A DNA stretch of 64,000 nucleotides from NCBI RefSeq assembly GCF_006345805.1, contig NW_021833023.1, positions 1-64,000 on the forward strand, written 5' to 3'. Below, piece after piece: positions 25,730 through 36,380 of the stretch. Source of the stretch: Octopus sinensis. Taxonomy: Eukaryota. The position numbers were made by a program, and so were the translations under genes. Each line of letters begins with the position of its first letter. Position 1 is the first letter of the stretch. Below the pieces are notes generated by a model that saw only the letters and a list, made by a program, of their open reading frames with translations, was not told where the DNA came from and made no database searches.

Positions 25730-27391
25730 TTGTCATGTTGGCAGCAGTGGGTGGTTTGTTTTCTTTGAAGGCAGAAAGCCTTTAAGTGAGTCACAGATCC
25801 ACATATATAACAGCTTTCATTCTTCTACAATCCCTGACAGGTGGGTGCCACCTGGGAGGTTTATTAGGTCAGACACCTTCTCAATATATGTTTGGTCAGT
25901 GTGTATGATCAATTCCATACCGATGCCTGACCAGTTTTGCTGCAGTATTTTCTTTTCCTTCATAATAGTCCTCTCTTCCTGCCAAAACGGAAGCTACAAA
26001 CCAGGTGATGGATATTTCTGTCAGCATATTTCTCACGTTGTTAAAAGCAAGGCACTAGATGCAACAACTGGGGATTAAGAAGAGTTTTTCATTCCTCAAT
26101 GTGGTCACAAAATGAAACCTGGCTTCTTCTTCAGTGCCAAATTGCACTTCAATCAAGCCAAACTTCTGTAGTCACCCTATACAACAGCGCGCGCGCGCAA
26201 CGCTCTCTCGCGAATACACGAAGTCCGAAAGAGGGAATTTTGCTGACGTGGCCTTAGCTGACGTGGCCTTGCTGACGTGGCCTTAGCAAGGGAGAGCGAG
26301 CCTTAACAAAGAGGCAGGGGAGCGTGAGCCTTAACAAAGAGGCAAGGGAGCGTAAAGGTTGACCATTAGCGTCCGACAGACAGCGACAGGCATTTCACCA
26401 AAGCAGACGTTTAATTCTCTCTCCGGTTTTGATAGCAGCAGTCTTTTGGCCGAAGACTTTTAACCTGAATTGTTGCAGTCAAATCATCTTCTTCACCCGG
26501 ACGCCATTTTTGTACCCGTTCTGTTTTTGGCGGTTGAACATTGTAAATATTACAATCGATTAACCTTCAGCCTTGCGTGCCCAGAACCAAGGACATCAGA
26601 TATACCACTGATTTCTCACCGGTATAAAACAATAAAGTATATCTATTTTTTACGTCTGCGTTTTGTGTTCTTTGACTGGTAGAGTCTGGATATAAAAGCA
26701 ACGGAAAGTGATTGCACCAACTTGCACCCCAAAAGTGCAAGCGGAGATATTCACATATTCCTTACACTTCTTTCCTCGAGTGATGTGAATCTTGTATTCC
26801 CACACATGTCCAAGATATTCTTGAATTTGGGCTTCAGTAGCCTTTTCTACCTGGCATGATTTAACTCTGATGCAGTGGTAAATAACCATGTGTCTCCAAA
26901 TGTTTTCAATCACCTCGAGTGGAGGGTTCAGGGCTTCTCTTCTTCCATTTCTTTCAGGCGCCAGTTTGAAATTTTCTTTATGCAGAACTCTTCCAGATTT
27001 CTTGAAGCACTCACAAAAGAAATCTCCTTTTCAGCAAACTTTTGTTGTGGCTGTAGCTACTTTAGCAGAGGCAGTGACAGTGGAAATGGAGGTGGTGGTG
27101 GTGTTTGCATTTGCTTTGAAATTTTATTTTGTTTTTCCCTTTCTTTACACTTGTTATCAGTCCTGTTGTTGTTGTTACTGAAACTGTCGAATGTCTTCTT
27201 GGATTGTTGATCTGTCAAACATTTCGAAGCTGCTGACAGGTAAATGTATTACCTGTGATGTTCGTTTTGGCTGGTGTGACGTCGCTACATCAATTACTGT
27301 AGTCAGTGCTACAGCAGTATCCTCTTTCTTTTCGGACAAAGTTTCTCTCTCTCTATTCGGCTAACATTATAATCAATTCTTTTTCTGCCAT
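25730..27391 (-). mobile_element. LINE ORF1 (gag-like) remnant with CCHC knuckle, split by a solo LTR
   Basis: CYICGSVTHLKAFC at 25812-25771; reading frame IHITRGKK|FGLIEVQFGTEEEA is restored when 26167-26766 and one TSD copy are removed. Confidence 0.8.
26167..26766 (+). mobile_element. Solo LTR, 600 bp, 4-bp TSD (CTTC)
   Basis: TGTA...TACA termini, CTTC at 26163-66 and 26767-70, AATAAA at 26631, internal 3x gctgacgtggcctt and 2x gagccttaacaaagaggca. Confidence 0.88.
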
Positions 27392-28599
27392 ATTTCAAAA
27401 TATTTGGAAAACAGTGAATTATTTGATTTTCCAAACAGTTTAAGACGGTTAAAAAATACCGGTACCCCCCACTCTGCAAAACAGGGGGTACCTCTAAACA
27501 GGAAATGGTGGCAGTGCATTCCAGGCAATGTGAACAACAAGACTGTAACAATTAAAATGAATGGGGCCTTGGCAGATTGAAAAGACTGAAAACAGTCTTA
27601 CCACTTATGAAGTTCCAGATTTCCCTGTCTTTCCAGTATGGCAGCGGCTGTTGTGAAAAAGGTGGGGTGAAGAGGAGAAGAATAAAAAGAATGAATGGCT
27701 TCAGTGACACATGTACGTACACCCATTGCATTGGTTAAAAATAATTCATTTCAAATTTTCTGTGAGGAAACTCCAAAATTGATTCAAACACTCCTCGCCA
27801 TTGCATTCCTCTGTCTAAAAGTTAAAATGAACAGCTTGTGTGCGAATGAACAGAGAAAATATGCTAGAAATAACAGCCAAATCTCACACAACTGCGATAA
27901 CATAATGAAAGAAATATGGAATGAATCTACTGACCTTCTTTTCTGCAAAGGTTTCTTTCAGAGTAATTTCCTTCACAGTAATATGTGACAAAGTGAAATG
28001 AAAGTGTTTTTGTTTTGTTTTTTTAACAACTAAAACCTCCACCATGTACGCTGTTGTAATTTGGCAGGGATAAACTTGGGCAATTTCATATCACCCGATG
28101 ATCCAATGATATACTTCAACCGTCTTTTGATTCGAGACCCATAGGCCTTAATTGTGTGTTTTAAAAGATACTAATTAATTACTCTGAAAGAAACCTTTGC
28201 AGAAAATAATTTTTGTGAATAGCCTTCCGTGTCTTCAGGAATCTGGATATAATGTTGCAGCCTCCGCAAGAAATTTATGAAGTCGCTGGGTTGGTGGTGA
28301 GGCAGTCCTTAGGAAAAAGAACCGAGCAATGTACTGCTTCAGGTATTCAGGCCTCAATTCCAGATCGAATTATAAATGTTCTAGAGCATTCGCCATAAAC
28401 GCTCAATATTTCGAGTGTGGACTGATGGGTTGACTGGATCAACAAAATGTTGACTGTGGTTCACTTGATGGTGTGTATAGCCCAGGTTGTTGACCTCGGC
28501 GGAATTTGAACTCAGAACGTAGAGACATTAAGTACAACACGGAAGAGGAGGCGGCGAAAGCTTTAAAAGTAACGAGAACGAAAGAGGTGGTGATACAAG

Positions 28600-29080
28600 G
28601 TGACATTGCAAGACTTGCACAAAATAGCAGAGGAGGTGAAATTAAGAGTTAGTGATGGAGGGAAGAGCTCCAACCTGTTACCAGTGTGGAGCAAGGGGGC
28701 ACATGACAGCAAGGTGTGGCCCAGAACGACGAGAAAAATGAACAGGAACAGCAGTGACAAGGGGCAACAAGCAGGAGCAAAATGTCGAAATGGCGACCCC
28801 AGTGAGTGAGTGACCAATGTCCAGAGAAGGTGGAGGAGGAATATAATAAGGTAGTGAATAAGAAAAAGAAAAGGAAGGAATACGTGGACTCAAAGAGTCC
28901 AAAGAAGAAGGAAAATAAGCGGGAAGAGACACAGCAGGAGATTCCAACAATGGCAACAAAGGAAACCAAAGTAGAAAACCAAGTGGAAACACAGGAACAA
29001 TAAAAAAAAAAAGAAATAGCAGATGGTGACATATTCGAAAAAGACGGAAATTGAAAAACAGAATAACCAAAATGAAGACG
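28600..29080 (+). mobile_element. LINE ORF1-like fragment with CCHC knuckle
   Basis: VMEGRAPTCYQCGARGHMTARC (knuckle 28676-28717) followed by a Lys/Glu-rich tail. Confidence 0.75.
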
Positions 29081-29094
29081 GTAAACACAGAGAA

Positions 29095-29290
29095 GACAAA
29101 CAAGGACAGACGGAGGGATTAAGTCGATTATATCGACCCCAGTACGTAACTGGTACTTAATTTATCGACCCCGAAAGGATGAAAGGCAAAGTCGACCTCG
29201 GTGGAATTTGAACTCAGAACGTAACGGCAGACGAAATACCGCCAAATATTTCGCCCGGCGTGCTAACGGTTCTGCTAGCTCGCCACCTTA
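29095..29290 (-). mobile_element. SINE (Deu/Nin-like core)
   Basis: Reverse complement of the 7581 family. Confidence 0.85.
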
Positions 29291-29714
29291 GAAGTTAATA
29301 ACAGAATATTATCCAGAGAAACACCCAAGGCAACTGTGATTGACAAGAAGGATGTGAAGAACTGGGAGAATTATTTGGAAATAAGATCGACCCAGAAGAA
29401 GAACGCGTGGAGTCTGATGACTTGCCGCCAGTGATAGATTATGAGGACCAAATACCGTACATAAAAGGGTACGGAAAAGCAAATTAATGACTGATACAAA
29501 AGGAATAAAAGAGAAAAAGAAAACATTTAACTAAAACATTTAAAATTTATTCTGCTTGCGAGTGGACAGCATGCATCCATTTTCACCTCCATTATTATAA
29601 TTCATCCTTCGTTCGTTCGTTCAAATGTTTTATATCCCCACCGTAATGTCCTGTTAGTCCTTGTGCTGTCCCCTCTGTGCGTTATGGCCCCGTTGTGCCA
29701 AAATAAAGAATGAG

Positions 29715-29895
29715 AACTTTGTGGTATTTCGTCTGTCGTTACGTTCTGAGTTCAAATTCCGCCGAGGTCGACTTTGCCTTTCATACTTTCGGGGTCGATA
29801 AATTAAGTACCAGTTACGCACTGGGGTCCATGTATTCAACTTCATCCGTTTGTTTGTCCCCTCTATGTTGTCCCCTTGTGGGTAGTAAAGAAAGA
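29715..29895 (+). mobile_element. SINE, 5'-truncated
   Basis: Core plus ccccttgtgggtagtaaagaaa tail. Confidence 0.85.
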
Positions 29896-30535
29896 AGAAG
29901 AAAAAAAAAAAGAAATGAGACGTCATTCGGTAAATTCCGTTAATTCACTGAACGAACGCATGGCAGAGACGTAAAGGGACCCGTCCACCCCTTTAGATAA
30001 AAAAAAAATTGTTTTTATGGATTCCCACGTTTTCGGCTATGGAGATTTCCGATTTTGAAAAGAAAAACTGTTAGTAAAATTTCAATTAAAAAAAGACCCA
30101 AAAAAAAAAAAGACCCCCGGAGATTACCGAAACCCGTTCCGTTGGTCCCGAATCAGAAGATAGTCGAAGTATGTCGCTGAGTCATTTGGGCGATATGAAG
30201 TGGTCTGGCGTTGACGGATCTATGTTTCGAGAAATTTATGGATTTACAGCGAAGAAAAGATTCCCAGAATTTCTTATAACATTTCCCAAACCCTTTTGCC
30301 CAAGTTTATTCCCTGCTCAATTCCCAACGGACGTTTCAGTCCTTAAAACAAAAACACTTTCATTTCACTTTGTCACGTATTACTCTGAAGGAAATTACTC
30401 TGAAAGAAACCTTTGCAGAAAAGAAGGTCAGTAGATTCATTCCATATTTCTTTCATTGTGTTATCGCAGTTTTGTGAGATTTGGCTGTTATTTCTAGCAT
30501 AATTCCTCTGTTCATTTTCAGGCAGCGGGATGAAG

Positions 30536-33500
30536 GAGGGTTGCCAACTTTGTTCAGCTACAATAAAGGACATAAAAAAAACTTTATTGATATTTAAGTG
30601 CACAAATTTTGATTCAGTTCCTAGAGATGCCAATATTTTAATATTACATTTCGTCTCTCACCTAAATGTAAATACAAAGACAAGAACGAGAAGACATATA
30701 TTTTACTTTGAACAAAAGATTCTAACCTTTAAAACTATTGTTGCCTTGGTTTTTTGCTGCCTTCATAAAATTGGTATCATCTTTGATGTCTTTCAATCAA
30801 TTATCTTTTATGTTTAAATATATGAGAGGTTCGTTTTCGATTCCAAAGAGCATCGGTTCCTTTCATCTCGCCATTTAGATGACACGAAACTCAAAAACTC
30901 TCTCGCACAATAAGATGATGTTCCAGGAAAGTACAAAGGAAACTGTTTTGAAAACATTGATAGACTTAAAGTCCATAGATTTCAAAATAAAATACCACTT
31001 TCTGCATGTTGTTTTTGAGTTTATGAAGAATTCAGAGCTTTTGTCGAAGTTTCTTTGAATTAATACTTCTTCATCAGAAAGTTCATCCGTCTATAAGCTT
31101 TCCTTCTAGCTTCAAATTTCGGTACTACTTCTACAGATTTGCGAAACTTTTCGAATAAATGGCCTAAGGAACTTAGATTTCATAATTTGCCAAATGTTTG
31201 AATTTTCATCGAAATCTATTCTTTTACCCAAATTTTTGATGGCAGAAGTAAGAGAAAATTTAAAGTCTTCAACTTTCATTCGAACCTCATCAATTTTTCA
31301 ATTGTTGTTCATCTTGAAAGCCGAAAAAATTCTTCTGCATATCGATCTATTGATTCTTAAATCTGTCCTGATATCGAAAATATCTACTGCTGTACTTTCA
31401 GGTTCTTTTCAAGTTCTTTAATTGATAATGTGTATACCCCCATTACATGTTGCGAAAACATCAGATAGAGTTCAATAATTTGGAGGGTATTTCTGTGGAA
31501 TCCCGTCAATGGAAAGAAGTTTATATAATTCTTTAGAGGAATCAGTTCCTAAGAAAATAGGAACTCAAGGCTTTCCCAGAAAGTAAAATTCTTTCAATAC
31601 ATGTCTGAAGTGATAACCATCTGGTAGGTACATGCCGAAGAATCTCTCCATATTCTGTCTCTGCAAATAAATGAAAGTCTTTAAGAGTTTCAGTTCTTTT
31701 TGCCGATACTGAAAAATGCCCAGATATCTTTAGGATAATATTTTCTACATCACCATAAGTCGGCGAGCTGGCAGAACCGTTAGCATGCCGGGCGAAATGC
31801 GTAGCCGTATTTCGTCTGCCGCTACGTTCTGAGTTCAAATTCCGCCGAGGTCGACTTTGCCTTTCATCCTTTCGGGGTCGATTAAATAAGTACCAGTTAC
31901 GCACAGGGGTCGATATAATCGACTTAATCCGTTTGTCTATCCCCTTGTGGGTAGTAAAGAAACAATATTTTCTACATTTAAGTTTTCCAAAGCACTTTTT
32001 ACTGAATTATGTAAAATGTGTGCACTGCAATTGGCTTTAATAACACTGTTATTTAGTGTGAGAATGTTAGAATATAAAGAATGCTTTATTCCAAAATTGC
32101 AACTTGTATTATCTGCAGTAAAACCTGAAACTCTTTCCCAGTCAAGTTGCAAATTGCCCAAAGTCTTTCTCAAACGTCCTAAACATGACATCTACACTTT
32201 CATCAGCATTCTCAAAACAGTCAATAATGTTATTATTCTCTGCACCATGTTCCATATTGAAATATTGAACACATATGGGAAACATTTCCCTGGGTTTTTT
32301 TTTGGGGGGGGGGGACTAGAAATATCAATTTGAAGGCAAAACTATAGAGGAGGATCATGTTGTTTCGAATCTTTCAATGCTACCTCTAATGCTTTTTTGA
32401 TGTAACACATTCGTAACTATGGCCTCCGATTTGGTCCGACCACAAGATATCTTTCCAGCTACTTTGGAATCCTGGTAAAATTTTGAATTTAATTTCAAGC
32501 TACAATCAAGGGAGTTGTAGGAATGATTGTGTTTAACTGCATGATATATATTTGAGCTACTTCTCAAGCAATTACATTATCTTCTTCTTTTGTATTGGCT
32601 TTCACGAAAAATTTATCAATTAAAGATTTGGAAAGTGAAGCACTGCGGTTACTTTTATGCCTATCAGAAGTCTTGTGCTGTTTGATAGCTACAACCCCAT
32701 ACAGCCAATTTTAAGGTCCTATTACGAGTAATGCATTTTGCCTCTTGTTGATTAATAAGTTGCTGCCAACCATTTATACTCCTTTTCCAGTTTTTGTTAT
32801 ACGAGCACAATCTCTTCTTTATCGCTGAGGGTTCCCCGTCACTACAAAATATTAAGCAGTCGCTGCTGTCCCGCCTTACTAATGCATTAAAACCTTATGA
32901 AAGAAATAGTTGATTTAGCATTGAAATAAATATATGTTCCAAAGCAAGGTCGAGAGTCGATGATGAATCATATACGCGCACAAACGCCATTAGAAGATAT
33001 TTAAAATATGTGACTATAGCTTAGGCTATGGTAGGTCTATTTAGCTTCTGAAAAATCAAATTCTGCTAGCGCATAAACCCCAGAATTTCTTATAACTTCA
33101 AACTCCTATATTCTCTAGCCTACTTCTTTGCCATTTAATGGTGTGTGTGTGTGTGTGTGTGTGCAAGAGAGCTAGCACCCAACTGAATTAGCGACAAGCA
33201 CTGGGCCTCACAGGCTTGCGATGATGTCACTAGCTATATTGAATTTGAAAATAATAATTACTCATTGTAATTTTTCACCACCATGACTATATGAAGTTAA
33301 AAAGATAGTATGTGGCCCGACAAACATGTATGTAAAATGTGCACAACTTGGAATGTGAACTGAAACTGAAATGGTAGCACTTGAAAAGTTGGTACATTCT
33401 GTAACAGTGTAAAAATGATCATGTCTGGAAAACACACTTTCAATTAATATTGTTATCTGATATTAACATGAAATATTGGCACTACTGTTACAAGTTTTCT

Positions 33501-34026
33501 CACATAGATTTCACTGTTCTTCTGATATTTATAACAAATTATGGCTTGATTTTGTGAAGGGCCTCATCACTACCTTGTATAATACGCCATATTTGTTTTG
33601 GTTGTTCTTTCAGGCAGAGTTATTGCCTTTCCAAATGTCCAACGGCACCTCCTTTTCTATTGTTTTTTCTTTTCTTTTTTCTTGGTGATGATTCTCATAT
33701 TTAGTAACATAGTTTACGATTTTCTCGTTTTCCCAAAATGAGTGCCTTCGGTTTTGAAATGGAGAATCGAGTTATACATAAAACGAGGCTAATTTTACAC
33801 CCTGGTCTGCCGCTCTGCCACTCTGTGCTTCTGGTATTGTGCACAGAAGCAGAGTTGACAGTCCGTACTTGCACAAGAAGTAAACGCTTTTGCAGTCACA
33901 TCTTGAGAGCGGGAAATTGAACTAACAGTCAAAACGATTTCAAAATAAAGGACAAATAATGTCATTTCAAATCTCAATAAAGGACAAGGGCAAATAGTGC
34001 TGAATAAAGGATGGTTGGCAACCCTA
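30536..34026 (-). mobile_element. Decayed hAT DNA transposon with both ends
   Basis: 12-bp identical TIR core AGGGTTGCCAAC at 30537 and (reverse) 34014-34025; degenerate 8-bp TSD GGATGAAG/GCACGAAG; transposase remnants SCGRTK, ANCSAHILHN, HVPTRWLSL; subterminal aataaagga repeats. Confidence 0.85.
31751..31963 (+). mobile_element. Full-length SINE (213 bp) with a perfect 14-bp TSD, inside the hAT transposase
   Basis: aatattttctacat at 31737-31750 and 31964-31977. Confidence 0.93.
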
Positions 34027-34225
34027 GCACGAAGTGGCGAGGGGTGTATGGATCAGTTTTGGAATTTCCTCAGAAAATTTGAAATTAATTATCTACCCCC
34101 CCCCCATATTTTTAATCGGCAAAATTACGGCATGAGAACCGTTACTGTCAACCAGGAGCACGTGCTTTTGTTTACATTGGAAGAATAAGATTGTCGCTTT
34201 CCGTAAATTAAACATTTTGTAAAAA

Positions 34226-34509
34226 TATATGTGGGGTGGCGAGGAAGGGTATCTTTTCAAGTCGGCGTAAAAGCGAGACAGAGAGAGCACGATTGGATCG
34301 GGGAAGTTCTTTTGAAGTTGGCCTCTGCTGCTCACTTTTTCTTTCTCTCGGTTTATTTTTTTATGTTTGTTGGCGATTTAATGATCAGATTCATAGATAC
34401 GTTATTATTATTATTATTATTTTTCGTTTATATTTGTTTTGAAATGTATTATATAAATACAGGCCCGTAATTCTTTTCTTGAAGCCCTTGGATGCAGAGA
34501 CGTCGTTTT

Positions 34510-34543
<34 letters not shown>

Positions 34544-34816
34544 GTACACACGCCTATGCACACAAACACAGACACACACACACAAGCACAGACACACAAG
34601 CGCCGACGCACGCAAGCACAGACACACACACACACACAAGCACGCACAGACACACAAGCGCCAACGCACACACTTAAGCACACGCGCGCACACACACATT
34701 AATTCTTCAGATTCACCCCAACTTCAAAAGAACTTTCCTCATACAATCGTACCCTCTCTGTCTCTTTTGCTTTCACGCCGACTTCAAAAGATCCCATTTC
34801 CCACCAACACCATATG
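34226..34816. repeat. Foldback: about 100-bp inverted arms (34226-34321, 34718-34816) around TTA and compound CA microsatellites
   Basis: atcttttcaagtcggcgt...gaagttcttttgaagttgg versus ccaacttcaaaagaactt...acgccgacttcaaaagat. Confidence 0.8.
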
Positions 34817-35384
34817 TAAAAAAATAAAAACTTTCCACGCTGATTGAAAACAAAAAAAAAAGAAAATTCGAAAAAAGTTAAAATTTAAAAATGAGGAGGG
34901 AGGGACTTAATATTATGAGAAAATGGTTCATTGCATATTCAAAAAAAGGGCGATTTTCGTGCTGGTGTACTAGTCAACATTAACCTTATCTATATCTATA
35001 AAAGGCAGGCTGTGTGTGTAATTTATGCATGTCCACAAATTAGCTCGCAACTTTAAGGACATTGGTCATGACCATGGCTGTGTTTTTGTCAACTTATTTT
35101 CCCAAAAGCAACCGCAAATAGCGGTAAAAATCGATTTTCAACCATAACTCTTAGCAATTTCCACGTCAATGAAATCCTTAAGTTTGGTAACATTAGTTAA
35201 GTCCCCTGTATAGCAATGGCAAAAAAGGAAATCAAAAGGTAAATTTTGAGATTAACACCCGCAAGATTTTCAGTAAGAAAAAAAAAAACGGATTTTTTTC
35301 ATAGAATCCAGTACCCTGAGAGAGAGAAGAAGGCCAGCAATTTCATGGGAGGGGGTGAGTTAATTATATTGTTCCCCGGGTGTA

Positions 35385-35525
35385 CAACTGGTACTTATTT
35401 TATAGACCCGGAAAAGATGAAAGGCAAAGTCAATCTTGATGGAATTTGAACTCAGAACGTAAAGCCAGAGGGAATGCTGCTAAGCATTTTGCCCAGCATG
35501 CTAATGGTTCTGCTAGCTTGCCGCC
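35385..35525 (-). mobile_element. SINE (Deu/Nin-like core), partial
   Basis: Reverse complement of the 7581 family head and core. Confidence 0.8.
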
Positions 35526-35544
35526 TTCAGCCTGCATTTTATAT

Positions 35545-35890
35545 TAAAAGGATAAAGACCCCTTTCAGTCATGAATGGCCATGGGATTGCACCTAGAAAG
35601 TTCTCCTCCAAGGCACAAGTCCTGGCAAGGTTTCTTTATGGAAGACCAGCAGTCACCCATCCATACCAGCCTCCTCTCTCCCCCCCCAATGTTATCCAAG
35701 GGAAAGGCAAAGACCAATACAGCTTGGCACCAGTGATGTGGAAACTCATTGCTACAGCTCACTGAACAAGGAGCATTGTGAAAGAAAGTGTCTTGCTCAA
35801 GAACATAACACACAACCCGGTCTGGAAATTGAACTCATTACCTCATGATTGTGAGCCCGATGCTTCAACCACTGAGCCATGCACCTTCAT
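35545..35890 (-). mobile_element. Second tRNA-derived SINE family (core tgttcttgagcaagacactt)
   Basis: tRNA-like head ggtgcatggctcagtggtt...gagttcaatttcc; shares core with 54262-54510. Confidence 0.75.
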
Positions 35891-35986
35891 GTATTTTAAT
35901 TTTGAGCAATAATTATTTCTAAAGTAAAAAGATAAAAAATGACAACAACACTGTGTGAATGATAGAGAAATATTCTATTGAATAGT

Positions 35987-35992
35987 TTTATT
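35987..35992 (-). promoter_or_regulatory. Candidate polyadenylation signal AATAAA for the PARP gene
   Basis: AATAAA on the minus strand about 120 nt after the stop codon; common hexamer in AT-rich DNA, no transcript evidence. Confidence 0.4.
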
Positions 35993-36111
35993 CTTACAAA
36001 AGACCCTGGGATTGCACCTAGAATTAGAGAATTTCCTGTATTTTCTTTGTCTTTCTTTTGTTAAATATATTCCTGTTCACTTTATATGTGTTTTATGAAT
36101 TCCAATTATAT

Positions 36112-36380
36112 TCAATGATTAGAGAATGTAATCAAATAATTAGGATATGCCTGAGAGTCATGAAAAGTAACATAAATATTGGGTCTTTGAAAATTATCAA
36201 CAGCAGAATTGTAAGAATCCTGTAAAACTTTTAGTCCGTAGTATCCTTGCATCACTCTTCCCACAAGAACACTGCATTTGTATATTCTCTTTATTCCGTT
36301 ATGGTCAGGAGCAGAATAGGTATCCCTTGCAGAATATTGGATGTCTCTGGCAAAATAAACACCTTCACCATATGCTGTGG
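36112..36380 (-). CDS. PARP14: PARP terminal exon (ATAYGEGVYFA...RPNIYVTFHDSQAYPNYLITFSNH*)
   Basis: Acceptor ctcttcttag|CC; 269 nt open to TGA at 36114-36112; missed by the ORF track because there is no early Met. Confidence 0.95.

Larger units (their letters stand above)
27843..30515. repeat. Inverted repeat pair, arms about 27843-28085 and 30292-30515
   Basis: tgaacagag..gctagaaataacagccaaatc..gggataaacttgggcaa has its reverse complement about 2.2 kb downstream. Confidence 0.85.

Noticed and set aside
26650-26913. ORF as a single protein
   Set aside because: It is a chimera: LINE ORF1 read into the reverse strand of the solo LTR at 26766.
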